This document shows, piece after piece, positions 47,971-57,550 of a stretch of 64,000 nucleotides of DNA (position 1 is the stretch's first letter; each line of letters begins with the position of its first letter). The position numbers and the translations under genes are program-made. The notes under the pieces were generated by a model. It worked only from the letters and a program-made list of their open reading frames with translations. It ran no database searches and was not told the DNA's origin. Source of the DNA: an uncultured Chloroflexia bacterium (lineage in GTDB: Bacteria; Chloroflexota; Limnocylindria; Limnocylindrales; CSP1-4); contig CAWDXA010000011.1 of assembly GCA_963806175.1 (NCBI GenBank), forward strand, positions 199,318 to 263,317, written 5' to 3'.

Positions 47971-49669
47971 ATGCGACTTTCCAACCTGTTCTTCACGACG
48001 CTCCGCGACGATCCCGCCGAAGCGGAGATGCCGTCACACCGGCTGTTGCTTCGAGCCGGCTACGTCCGTCAGCTCGGCTCCGGGATCTACTCGCTGCTCC
48101 CGCTTGGATTCCGGGTCAACAAGCGGGTCGAGCAGGTCATCCGCGAGGAGATGGACCGGATCGGCTGCCAGGAGATGGAGATGCCGGTGGTGCACCCCGC
48201 CGACGTCTGGCGCGCAAGCGGTCGCTACGACGCGATCGGTCCCGAGCTCGGCCGCTTCAAGGATCGCAACGGCCGCGACATGGTCCTGGCGATGACCCAC
48301 GAGGAGGTCGTCGGGCTGCTGCTCGCCGACGTGGTCCGCTCGTACCGCCAGCTCCCGATGATGGTCTATCACTTCCAGACCAAGTGGCGGGACGAGCCGC
48401 GCGCCCGGGGCGGCCTGATCCGCGTTCGCGAGTTCGTGATGAAGGACGCCTACAGCATCGACCGCGACGAGGCCGGGCTGGACGTCAGCTACTGGGCGCA
48501 GCACGGCGCCTACGTGCGCATCTTCGAGCGGCTGGGCCTCGACACCATCGCCGTGTCGTCCGATGTCGGGATGATGGGCGGCTCGCAGGCCCACGAGTTC
48601 ATGGTCCTCAACCCGGCCGGTGAGGACGTCCTGGTGCTGTGCGAGGCGTGCGGCTACGCCGCGAACCGCCAGATCGCCGTCGTCCCCAAGCCGGATCCGG
48701 CGCCCGAGGCGGCCCTCCCGCTCGAGGAGGTCGCCACGCCCGGCACGACCACGATCGCATCGCTGGCGGCGTTCCTCGGCGTGGGCGCCGACCGGACGGC
48801 CAAGGCTGCGTTCTTCATGACCGGCGACGGCCGCCTGGTGACCGCCATCGTCCGTGGTGACCACGACGTCAACGAGACCAAGCTCGTCAACGCGATCAAG
48901 GCAACCGGCGGCATGCGGCCGGCCACGGTCGAGGAGATCAAGGCCGCCGGCATGGAGCCGGGCTATGGCTCGCCGATCGGCGCCCACGACACGCGTCGTG
49001 GTCGTCGACGACCTCGTGGCTCGATCGGCCAACCTGGTCGCCGGCGCCAATCGCGAGGGGTACCACTACCGCAACGTCAATCACGGGCGCGACTTCAGCG
49101 CCGACATCGTGACCGACCTGACCAACGCCCAGGAGGGCGATCGCTGCCCGAAGTGCGGGCAGCCGGTCATCCTCCGAAACGGGATCGAGGTCGGCAATAT
49201 CTTCAAGCTCGGGACCAAGTACAGCGACGCCGCCGGTGCCAGCTACCTGGGCGAGGACGGCGTCGCCCACAGGATCGTGATGGGCTCGTACGGCATCGGG
49301 GTCGGGCGCAATGTCGCCTGCATCGTCGAGGCGCACCACGACGACAAGGGGATCGTCTGGCCGGCCGAGGTCGCGCCGTACGCCGCCCACCTCGTCTCGA
49401 TCGGCGCCGCCCGCGACCCGAAGGTCGACGAGGCCGCGGAGCGGATCCATGCCTTCTCGATCGCCTCGGGTCACGAGATCCTGTGGGACGACCGGGACGA
49501 ATCGCCTGGCGTCAAGTTCACCGACGCGGAGCTCCTCGGGATGCCGTGGATCCTGACCGTCAGCCCGCGCTCGCTCGCCGCGGGCGGCGTCGAGGTCACC
49601 GAGCGGGCGACCGGCGAACGCTCGACGCGCTCGATCGAGGACGTCGAGGCGCTCCTGGCGAGCGCCTGA
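47971..49669 (+). CDS. proS: Proline--tRNA ligase (bacterial type with editing insert); split by one extra C near 48994
   Basis: SHRLLLRAGY, LAMTHEE, YHFQTKWRDEPRARGGLIRVREFVMKDAYS; shifted frame continues GIEVGNIFKLGTKYS, MGSYGIGVGR, PGVKFTDAELLG. Confidence 0.94.
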
Positions 49670-49681
49670 GGCCGCGCGGCC

Positions 49682-50758
49682 GTGGCCCCGCGGACCCCGG
49701 TTCCGGCCGACGACCTGTACGCCCAGCTCGACCTGCCCGTCGACGCCAGCGCCGAGGCGATCGAGGTCGCCTGGCGCGGACTGCTCCGCCTCCACCACCC
49801 GGATGTCGCCGGGCCGGCCGGGCTCGAGCGCGCGAAACGGATCAACGTCGCCCACGACTGGCTGAGCGATCCTGGACTTCGCGCGCGGTACGACCGGGAG
49901 CGGGGCCTGACCGCGCGCCGGGGCCGGGTCGAGGCACACGGCCGCCCGTCACCGGGTCAGGATGCGGACGCGGCGGCACGCGGGCGTCACCGGGCAGCGC
50001 GCCACGCGACCGATCCGGCCGATCCCTCCGAAGCGATCGCGAGGTTCCTCGATCGGTTGTCGTTGCTCACGGCCGACGAGCTCGATCGTCTGGCCGCGGC
50101 CGACCAGGCGCCCATCGCCTTCGGCGCGACGATCCGGCGGTTCCTCCCCGAGGATCAGCGGCTCGTGCTGGAGCAGGTGGATGCCGAGATTGGCCGGCGG
50201 CTTCCGGCCGACGTCCTGGGACGGGCCGGGACGCGTGGGGTGATCGAGGCCTATGCCGCGGAGCTCGTCCTGGGCTCGTTCCTCGACGACCTCCTGAGCG
50301 AGCCGTTCCGCGAACGGACGCGCGAGCGGCTCACCCGCGGCTGGGACGCGGCAGTCGGGCAGCCGCGCTATGGCCCCAACGGCCGGGCCGTCGAGGCGCT
50401 GATCCGGCGACTGCGCATGCTGGACCCGACCGGCGTGGCCCGCCTGGCCTCGACCGGCGCGCGTGATCGGCTGGGGGATGAGCCATGGCCGCCGGGCGTT
50501 TCCGTGGAGGATGACGAGGGGCTTCGCGTGTCGTCGGTGCTGGCCGGCCGCGACGCGGCGGCCGCGGTCGACGGGGCGAGGTCCGATGCCGCCGTTGCGG
50601 GCCGGGCACGTCGTGCGGCGACCCGGGTCGCGCACCTGCTCGTCCTCCGTCACGCGTTCGCGCCGGCCGCGTTCGGGGCCCTGACCGCGCCGTGGCGCCC
50701 GGGTCTCGTGCCCGACGATCGCCCGGCGGCCCGGGTCCGGCGGCCGGCCTCCGGCTGA
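49682..50758 (+). CDS. J-domain protein with unknown helical C-terminal region
   Basis: DLYAQLDL...AWRGLLRLHHPD...KRINVAHDWLSDPGLRARYD. Confidence 0.8.
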   Translation: MAPRTPVPADDLYAQLDLPVDASAEAIEVAWRGLLRLHHPDVAGPAGLERAKRINVAHDWLSDPGLRARYDRERGLTARRGRVEAHGRPSPGQDADAAARGRHRAARHATDPADPSEAIARFLDRLSLLTADELDRLAAADQAPIAFGATIRRFLPEDQRLVLEQVDAEIGRRLPADVLGRAGTRGVIEAYAAELVLGSFLDDLLSEPFRERTRERLTRGWDAAVGQPRYGPNGRAVEALIRRLRMLDPTGVARLASTGARDRLGDEPWPPGVSVEDDEGLRVSSVLAGRDAAAAVDGARSDAAVAGRARRAATRVAHLLVLRHAFAPAAFGALTAPWRPGLVPDDRPAARVRRPASG

Positions 50759-50797
50759 CCCTGCACGGGACGGCGCGGGCTGTGCGATGCTCGCGCC

Positions 50798-52021
50798 GTG
50801 GAGGCCTGGCTGGTCGCGATCGTGGCGTCGGCGGCGTTCGTCGCGGCCGCTCTCGGCCTGCGGAGTGCCCGCCGGACGATCACCCGGATCCGAGCTGCCG
50901 CCGGTGCTGCCGCGTCGGCCGACCCGGTCGATGCCGTCGCGTCGCTGCGTGACCAGGCCGATCGAGCCGCCGAGGAGCTGGCCGGCGAGCGCCACGATCA
51001 CGACCTGCTCGTGGAGTCGCTCCCCCAGGGGCTGATCACCATCGACCGTGACCTGCGGATCGTAGCGGCCAACGCCGCCGCCCATGCCTTCCTCGATCGC
51101 CAGCCGGGCGGCCTGATGGGCCGGACCGTGATCGAGGCGTTCCTCGACGCCCAGGTCGAATCGATCGCCCGGGCGGCGCTGGGCCAGGGCTCCGCGGTCG
51201 GCGAGGTGAGCCGCTCGGACCGCGGCATGCGCCGGCTCCTCGTCCGGGCGCGCAGGTCGGCCGCGGGCGGTGCCTGGCTGATCCTCGAGGATGTCTCCGA
51301 GCTCCGTCGACTGCAGCAGATACGGGCCGAGTTCATCGACAACCTGTCGCACGAGCTGCGGACCCCGCTGACCACGGTCAGCCTCCTGGCGGAGACGCTC
51401 ACCCGCGAGGCGGAAGCGGCTGGCGACGTCATCCCGCTCAAGATGCGGGACCGGATCGGCAAGATCGAGGTCGAGACCGGTCACCTCGTCCAGATGGTCA
51501 GCGAGCTGCTCGACCTGTCCCGGATCGAGGCCGGCGGGTCGATCGGGACGGTCGACCAGCTCGACCTCGGCCAGATCGCGAGCGACTCGATCGAGCGGCT
51601 CCGCCTCTTCGCCGACCGGCAGGGGGTCATGCTGCGCGCCGAACGGCATCCGCCGCTGCCGCCGGTCCAGGGGGACGAGGAGCGGATCGGCCAGGTGTTC
51701 GTCAACCTGCTCCACAACGCGGTCAAGTTCAGTCCGGACGGTGGCGACGTGACCGTCTCCGTGCACGCCGATGCCGGTCGCGTCGTGACCTCGATCGCCG
51801 ACCACGGGGTGGGCATCCCGCGCGCCGCCCAGGCGCGGATCTTCGAGCGGTTCTACAAGGTGGACCGGGCGCGCGTCCGGGGCGAGACGGGCGGGACCGG
51901 CCTCGGGCTGGCGATCGCCCGGCACATCATCGAGCAGCACGGCGGCACGATCTGGGTGGAGTCGACCGAGGGCGTCGGATCGACCTTCTCGTTCGGTCTG
52001 CCGATCGCCGGCGACCCATGA
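50798..52021 (+). CDS. PAS-containing sensor histidine kinase (PhoR-like)
   Basis: Single N-terminal TM, PAS, SHELRTPLT, QVFVNLLHNAVKF, DHGVGI, IFERFYKVDRAR, GTGLGLAIA. Confidence 0.9.
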   Translation: MEAWLVAIVASAAFVAAALGLRSARRTITRIRAAAGAAASADPVDAVASLRDQADRAAEELAGERHDHDLLVESLPQGLITIDRDLRIVAANAAAHAFLDRQPGGLMGRTVIEAFLDAQVESIARAALGQGSAVGEVSRSDRGMRRLLVRARRSAAGGAWLILEDVSELRRLQQIRAEFIDNLSHELRTPLTTVSLLAETLTREAEAAGDVIPLKMRDRIGKIEVETGHLVQMVSELLDLSRIEAGGSIGTVDQLDLGQIASDSIERLRLFADRQGVMLRAERHPPLPPVQGDEERIGQVFVNLLHNAVKFSPDGGDVTVSVHADAGRVVTSIADHGVGIPRAAQARIFERFYKVDRARVRGETGGTGLGLAIARHIIEQHGGTIWVESTEGVGSTFSFGLPIAGDP

Positions 52022-52038
52022 GACAGGCAGGAGCCGAG

Positions 52039-52344
52039 ATGGACGAGCTGCACCTGGCGACCCTCAACCTGCGGAACCTGGCCGACCGCTGGAGCGAGCG
52101 CGACGACCAGGCGCGGCAGCTGATCGACGGGCTGGGGGCCGGACCGGCAGCCGATGCGCAGGTCGTCATGGGCGACCCCGCCTGCCTCGACTGCATCTGG
52201 CCACGGGGCGACGTCCGCGTTGCTTCGGCCAGGCTCGCCTTCGACCGACCGGACCCCCCTGACCCGACGCTCTTCCCGAGCGATCATCTCGGGATCTCCG
52301 CGCGACTCGAGGTCGGGCGGACGGATCGGCCGCAGGCTCGATGA
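52039..52344 (+). pseudogene. Internally collapsed endonuclease/exonuclease/phosphatase (EEP) family gene (101 aa)
   Basis: Keeps the N-terminal LATLNLRN and C-terminal PSDHLG motifs but lacks the QE and GDxN catalytic motifs; SD AGGAG. Confidence 0.6.
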
Positions 52345-53009
52345 GGCGCGCCGGGACCCTGCGCCTGGCCCATCGCGGCGACTGGCGCGTCGCGCCCGAG
52401 AACACGCTCGCCGCGTTCCGGGCGGCGCTCGACCGTCCCGCCTGCGACGGTCTCGAGTTCGACGTGCGAGTCTCGGCCGACGGCGTCCCGGTCGTCTGCC
52501 ACGACGACACGCTGGACCGCGTGCAGGGACGCTCCGAGCGTGTCGAGTCCCTGACCGCCGAGGCCCTGTCGCGGTTCGACGTCCCGACGCTGGCCGAGGT
52601 GCTCCAGTTGGCAGGCCCGCGCCCGTTTCTCGACATCGAGCTCAAGGTCGAGATCGGCCACGTCCTCGTCGAGGCGCTGGCGGCCGGTCGCGGGCCCGAG
52701 TTGCACAATGCGGTGGTGTCGTCCTTCGAGCCGGCCGCGCTCGATGGCGTCGCCCGCCGGGTGCCCGGCTGGCCGCGCTGGCTCAACGTCGTGGTCCTGG
52801 ATCACGCGGCGGTCGTCTCGGCCACCGAGCTCGGCTGTCGCGGCGTGGCAGCCGAATGGCATTCCATCGATCCCGACTCGGTCGCGCTCGCGAGGGCGGC
52901 AGGGATCGAAGTGGCCGCCTGGACCGTCCGCCGCCGATCGACCTTCGGCCGGCTGGCCGACCTCGGGGTGGAGGCCGTGTGCGTGGAGGCCGCCGCCCTC
53001 GACGGCTGA
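52341..53009 (+). CDS. Glycerophosphodiester phosphodiesterase (GDPD/UgpQ-like)
   Basis: AHRG...PENTLAAF, GLEFDVRVSADGVPVVCHD, DIELK. Confidence 0.9.
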   Translation: MRRAGTLRLAHRGDWRVAPENTLAAFRAALDRPACDGLEFDVRVSADGVPVVCHDDTLDRVQGRSERVESLTAEALSRFDVPTLAEVLQLAGPRPFLDIELKVEIGHVLVEALAAGRGPELHNAVVSSFEPAALDGVARRVPGWPRWLNVVVLDHAAVVSATELGCRGVAAEWHSIDPDSVALARAAGIEVAAWTVRRRSTFGRLADLGVEAVCVEAAALDG

Positions 53010-53069
53010 CGGCCGCTGCGAGGCGCGCCGCCCGCACTGCCGGCGGCCTATGCTGCCGGTGTCGCTGCA

Positions 53070-54332
53070 GTGGAGGCGGATGTGTCGGAGCGGGCGGACC
53101 TGGTCGTCATCGGTGCCGGGACGATCGGCGGGTGGGCCTCGGTCTTCGCCAGGGCCGACGGGATCGGGCGGGTCGTCGTGCTCGAGCGTGGGCTGGTCGG
53201 GATGGGGGCGTCATCGCGTGCGGCGGGGATCGTGCGGGCCCAGGGCGGCACTCCGGCAACCGTGGCCCTCGGTCGCTGGTCGATCGACTTCTACCGCGGT
53301 CAGGCGGCCGCCTACGGGGCGGATTCGGGCTTCCGCGAGCTCGGCTACCTGATCCTGGCCGTGACCGACGACGACGAGCGGGCCGGCCGTGAGCGCGTCG
53401 CGATGCAGCAGGCGAACGGCCTCGACGTCACCTGGCTCGACGCGGCCGAGGCGGCCAGGACCGCGGTCACCCTGTCGCCCGATGGGCACCGCGGCGGCAG
53501 CTACGTCGCGACCGATGGCGCCATCGATCCACCGCGCAACGTGCGCGCCTACTCGCTCGCGATGCAGATGGGCGGCGTGGCGCTCCGCGAGCGGACCGCG
53601 TTTACGGGACTGCGAACGGAGACGGTGCACGGGGGCGGCCGGCGCGTGGTCGGTGTCGAGACCGAACATGGCGTCATCGATACGGAACGCGTGCTGCTGA
53701 CCGGCGGGCCGACCCTTCGGCCAATCGGGCGGATGGCTGGCATGCGGATCCCGGTGGGCGCCGCGCGCCACACCGTGGCGGTCCTCGAACGCCATCCGGC
53801 CTTCGACGTCCCCAGGCTGCCGATGGTCTTCGATATCGGCGCCGGCCTGTACTGGCGGCTGGAGGAAGCCGGCCTCCTGTTCGGGTGGAGCGACCCGGCC
53901 GAGGTACCCGGGGAGGCCCGCTCGATCGATTGGGCCGCCTGCGAGCGGGCGCGAGAGCGGCTCGCGCGCTTTGTGCCGCTGACGCGTGGACTCGGCCTGC
54001 GCAGGATCTGGGCGGCGACCATCGACTACACGCCCGATCACCTGCCGATCCTCGGCCCGGGGCTCACGCCCGAGGGCGCGCCGATCCACGGGCTGACCGT
54101 CGCGTCGGCCGGTGGCCACGGCATGATGTGGGGCCCGGGCGTCGCCCGCGTGGCCGCGGACCTCGCGATCCGCGGCAGGACGGGGCTGATCGACGTGAGC
54201 GAGCTCGGCCTCGACCGGTTCGACGGGGACGGCCGGAGCCGGCTGGCGACCGACCCGATCGCGCTGCCGTTCCCGGTCAGCGCCGGAGACGAGGAATCCT
54301 CAGCAGCACCCGCCCCCGCCGCAACAACCTGA
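53070..54332 (+). CDS. FAD-dependent oxidoreductase (DAO / sarcosine oxidase beta-like)
   Basis: [42 protein letters not shown]. Confidence 0.85.
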   Translation: MEADVSERADLVVIGAGTIGGWASVFARADGIGRVVVLERGLVGMGASSRAAGIVRAQGGTPATVALGRWSIDFYRGQAAAYGADSGFRELGYLILAVTDDDERAGRERVAMQQANGLDVTWLDAAEAARTAVTLSPDGHRGGSYVATDGAIDPPRNVRAYSLAMQMGGVALRERTAFTGLRTETVHGGGRRVVGVETEHGVIDTERVLLTGGPTLRPIGRMAGMRIPVGAARHTVAVLERHPAFDVPRLPMVFDIGAGLYWRLEEAGLLFGWSDPAEVPGEARSIDWAACERARERLARFVPLTRGLGLRRIWAATIDYTPDHLPILGPGLTPEGAPIHGLTVASAGGHGMMWGPGVARVAADLAIRGRTGLIDVSELGLDRFDGDGRSRLATDPIALPFPVSAGDEESSAAPAPAATT

Positions 54333-55175
54333 GTCGGCGAGCACGGGCAACCCAGCCACAGGAACCGGGAGGCTGATCGGGCGGATCGCGTCCGCACGCC
54401 AGCCGGCCGGCTTGGTGGCCCGGATGATCGCGCTGTGCAACCCGTCGGCCGCGGCGTTGGTCGGCGTCAGCTCGATGTCGACCAGCCCGACCGCGTCGAG
54501 GCCGGCCCGGTATTCGGCGAACGACAGGGCGCCGGCGATGCAGCCGGCGAAGCTGCCGCGGCTGGCACGCTCGGCGGGGGTCAGCCCATCGTCGGCCACG
54601 ACATCGCTGACGCCCATCCGTCCGCCCGGTCGGAGCACGCGTGCGATCTCGGCCAGGACGGCCGCCTTGTCGGTCGACAGGTTGATGACGCAATTGCTGA
54701 TGACCACGTCGACCGAGGCGTCCGGCAGCGGGATCGATTCGATCCGGCCCTTGAGGAACTCGACGTTCGTCGCTCCGGCCTCGACCACGTTGCGGCGCGC
54801 CAGCTCGAGCATCTCGTCGGTCATGTCCAGGCCGTAGGCGAAGCCCGTCGACCCGACGCGCCGGGCAGAGAGCAGGACATCGATCCCGCCGCCCGATCCG
54901 AGGTCGAGCACGGTCTCGCCCTCCCTGAGTTCGGCGACGGCGGTGGGATTGCCACAGCCGAGGCTGGCCAGGACCGCGGCGTCGGGGAGCGAGGCCCGTT
55001 CGAGGTCGTCGTAGCCGATCGCGCCGAAGACCTCCTGGCCCGAGGTCGAGCAACAGCTCGCGGCCGCCTCCGAGGGCTCGGGCGAGCGATCGAGGACGGC
55101 GCGGGCGGCTTCGGCGTAGTGGGCGCGGACGTCGTCGACGATCTGATCCGCGGCGAGGGGTTCGGTCGGGGTCAT
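54300..55175 (-). CDS. arsM: Arsenite S-adenosylmethionine methyltransferase
   Basis: [34 protein letters not shown] (conserved Cys set), N-terminal SCC and C-terminal GCCGGGGCC; lies in the ars cluster. Confidence 0.92.
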   Translation of the reverse strand: MTPTEPLAADQIVDDVRAHYAEAARAVLDRSPEPSEAAASCCSTSGQEVFGAIGYDDLERASLPDAAVLASLGCGNPTAVAELREGETVLDLGSGGGIDVLLSARRVGSTGFAYGLDMTDEMLELARRNVVEAGATNVEFLKGRIESIPLPDASVDVVISNCVINLSTDKAAVLAEIARVLRPGGRMGVSDVVADDGLTPAERASRGSFAGCIAGALSFAEYRAGLDAVGLVDIELTPTNAAADGLHSAIIRATKPAGWRADAIRPISLPVPVAGLPVLADSGCCGGGGCC

Positions 55176-55191
55176 CGGGTTCCTCTCTCGA

Positions 55192-55425
55192 TCAGGCGGC
55201 TGAGCCGGCGGCCGTGCAGCCGTCGACGGTGCAGGAGTCGGTGGACCGGGCTGTCCAGTTGTCGAAGAACCTTGCGAAACGCCCAAGGAACCTGGCCGAC
55301 GCGGCCTGCTGCCGATCCTGGCGCTGCTCACTGAGCGCTCGGAGGTGGTCGAGCTCGGCCTGGCTGTGCTCGTCGTAGCGAGGCCCTCCCATGATCATCC
55401 ATGAGATCGTCGATCGGTCGTCCAT
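55192..55425 (-). CDS. 77-aa hypothetical protein with C-terminal CxxxxC; first gene of the arsM transcript
   Basis: MDDRSTISWMIMGGPRY...DSCTVDGCTAAGSAA; GGAG SD; lies just downstream of a near-consensus promoter. Confidence 0.65.
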   Translation of the reverse strand: MDDRSTISWMIMGGPRYDEHSQAELDHLRALSEQRQDRQQAASARFLGRFARFFDNWTARSTDSCTVDGCTAAGSAA

Positions 55426-55449
55426 CGGGGGTCTCCGTGCGGTTGTGGT

Positions 55450-55513
55450 ATCGATGGTTGTCAATATAGCGAGAGGATTGATCGTTGTCAATATCGAATT
55501 GTGGCGATATGCT
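55450..55513. promoter_or_regulatory. Overlapping divergent sigma70 promoters with two ArsR-type operators (ATYGA-N6-TCAAT)
   Basis: Operators at 55450-65 and 55477-92. Minus promoter TTGACA(55491-86)-17-TATATT(55468-63). Plus promoter TTGTCA(55485-90)-17-TATGCT(55508-13), 6 nt before the arsR ATG. Confidence 0.82.
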
Positions 55514-55519
55514 ACGCCC

Positions 55520-55894
55520 ATGAGCAGGGCCAGATCCACCAGCCTCGACCCCGACGTCCGGCTCCTCGCCGCCCTCGCCGATCCAACGCGCCTCGCCATC
55601 GTGCGCCAACTCGCGAGCGAGAGCGAGACCTGCGCCTGCGACTTCACCAGCTGCTGCGAGGTCGGCCAGCCGACCGTGTCGCATCACCTTCGTGTCCTGC
55701 GCGAGGCAGGGGTCGTCAGCGCCGAGCGGCGCGGCCAGTGGATCTTCTATCGCCTCGAGCCGTCCGCCTCGGAGCGGCTCGCGATCCTCGCCAGGGGTCT
55801 CGTGCCCGGTGGGCTGGTGCCGGTCGGCGAGCTGCTGGCGAGCCGCCGATCGGCCGCACCCGTCAGCACCGCAACGGAGCCCGTCGGGGCCTGA
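55520..55894 (+). CDS. arsR: ArsR/SmtB family repressor
   Basis: ALADPTRLAIV, ETCACDF (CxC As(III) site) plus SCC, QPTVSHHLRVLREAG. Confidence 0.92.
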   Translation: MSRARSTSLDPDVRLLAALADPTRLAIVRQLASESETCACDFTSCCEVGQPTVSHHLRVLREAGVVSAERRGQWIFYRLEPSASERLAILARGLVPGGLVPVGELLASRRSAAPVSTATEPVGA

Positions 55895-55916
55895 TCCGTC
55901 TCGGCCCGGCGGCGAG

Positions 55917-56153
55917 CTACTGGCTGAGCCAGACCGCGATGTCGCCGGCCGACGGGACCCGGCCGTAGCTCACGACCTTGCCGTCGATGACCAGTCCGGG
56001 CGTGCTCATGATCCCGTAGGCCATGATCTCGGCGTAGTCGGTGATCTTGGTGATCTCGGCCTCCACGCCGGCCAGCATCACCGCCTCCCGGGTGTTCTTC
56101 TCGAGCCGCTGGCAGTTGGCGCAGCCGGGCCCGAGGACCTCGATCTTCTTCAC
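55917..56153 (-). CDS. Small thioredoxin-like redox-active disulfide protein (MTH895/TM0996 type)
   Basis: IEVLGPGCANC, YGIMSTPGLVIDGKVVSYGRVP. Confidence 0.9.
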   Translation of the reverse strand: MKKIEVLGPGCANCQRLEKNTREAVMLAGVEAEITKITDYAEIMAYGIMSTPGLVIDGKVVSYGRVPSAGDIAVWLSQ

Positions 56154-56174
56154 GGAACTGACTCCTTTCCGGTG

Positions 56175-57218
56175 TCAGGCATACAGGGCGTTGAACAGGT
56201 AGCCGACGAACAGGATCCCGAGCGTGACCACGGTCACGAAGACCGCGATCAAGCGCGGCTTCATGACCCGGCGCAGGATGACCAGCTCGGGCAGCGACAG
56301 GGCGGTGATCGCCATCATGAACGCGAGCGCCGAGCCCAGCGGCAGGCCCTTGTCGATCAGGGCCTCGACGATCGGGATGGTCCCGGCGGCGTTGCTGTAG
56401 AGCGGCACGCCGAGGGCGACCAGCGCCGGCACGGCGAGCGGGTTGCCGCTGCCGCCGATCGACACGACGAGCTCGGTCGGCACGAAGCCGTGGATGGCCG
56501 CGCCGATGCCGATCCCGACCAGCACGAACGGCAGGACCTTCCAGACCAGGCTTCGGGTCGAGTCCCAGGCGTCACGAACGCGATCCTGGAGGGTGAGCTT
56601 CATGGCGATCGCCTGGTGCCCGCCCGATTGGATCTTCCAGACGTAGTCCTCGACGTAGCGCTCGAGGCGGAGACGACCGATCACGAGCCCGGCGATGACC
56701 GCGACGGTCAGCCCCGCGAGCATGTAGACGATGGCGACCGCCGGGCCGAACAGGCCCCACAGCAGGACGATGGCGATCTCGTTGACCATCGGCGAGGCGA
56801 TCAGGAAGGCGAACGTGACGCCGAGCGGCACGCCCGCCTCGACGAAGCCGATGAACAGCGGCACTGCCGAGCACGAGCAGAACGGCGTCACGACCCCGAA
56901 GCCCGCCGCCGCGAGGGTGCCGGGCAGGACGCCCCGACCGGCCAGCGCCGAACGCACCCGCTCGGGCGAGACGTAGGAGCGCAGGAACGAGACGACGGTG
57001 ACGATCCCGCCGAGGAGCAGCAGCACCTTCGGGACGTCGTACAGGAAGAACGCGACGGCGTCGCCGAACTGGGAGCCCTCCTGGAACGCGAGCAGGTCGT
57101 AGGCCGCCCAGTTGGCGAGCGGCAGGTTCACGAACCAGGCCACGAGCCAGGCGATGGCGGCCAATCCGACCGTCGGCCAGAAGGGGACGTGGACCCGGCG
57201 CATCGTCAGGCTCGTCAT
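56175..57218 (-). CDS. DUF318/ArsP-family permease
   Basis: TPFCSCSAVP, FLIASPMVNE, PLYSNAAG, ALSLPE; translationally coupled to the upstream arsR. Confidence 0.88.
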   Translation of the reverse strand: MTSLTMRRVHVPFWPTVGLAAIAWLVAWFVNLPLANWAAYDLLAFQEGSQFGDAVAFFLYDVPKVLLLLGGIVTVVSFLRSYVSPERVRSALAGRGVLPGTLAAAGFGVVTPFCSCSAVPLFIGFVEAGVPLGVTFAFLIASPMVNEIAIVLLWGLFGPAVAIVYMLAGLTVAVIAGLVIGRLRLERYVEDYVWKIQSGGHQAIAMKLTLQDRVRDAWDSTRSLVWKVLPFVLVGIGIGAAIHGFVPTELVVSIGGSGNPLAVPALVALGVPLYSNAAGTIPIVEALIDKGLPLGSALAFMMAITALSLPELVILRRVMKPRLIAVFVTVVTLGILFVGYLFNALYA

Positions 57219-57550
57219 CGGAGGAGCCCTTCGAGTGCCTTGATCGCGGTCGCGCAGGCTTCGTCGTCGCGCTCGTAGTAGACCCAGCGCGCGTCGACCA
57301 TGTGCCGGCTGGCTCGGACCAAGCCGGCGCGGCGCAGCTTGGCGAGGTGGTTGCTGACGTTGTTCTGGCGTTCGTCCATGGCGGCGGCCATCTCGCACAC
57401 GCAATGCGGGCCAGAGCCAAGGAGGGCGAGGATGCCGGCGCGGACCGGATCGCCCAGGAGTGCTGCGGTCGCCGCGACGTCGGTCACCGCCGGCGCGGTG
57501 ATGTCGAGTCGCAACTCCGGCAGCATCGGCAGCTCCATGCGCGTGGTCAT
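57215..57550 (-). CDS. Second ArsR/SmtB family repressor
   Basis: LGDPVRAGIL, PHCVCEM, VSNHLAKLRRAGLV; ATGA overlaps at both ends. Confidence 0.88.
   Translation of the reverse strand: MTTRMELPMLPELRLDITAPAVTDVAATAALLGDPVRAGILALLGSGPHCVCEMAAAMDERQNNVSNHLAKLRRAGLVRASRHMVDARWVYYERDDEACATAIKALEGLLR

Noticed and set aside
48985-49000. Programmed +1 frameshifting in proS or gltX as a regulatory device
   Set aside because: No slippery sequence or in-frame stop at the sites, and the same defect occurs in five unrelated genes; sequencing error is more parsimonious.
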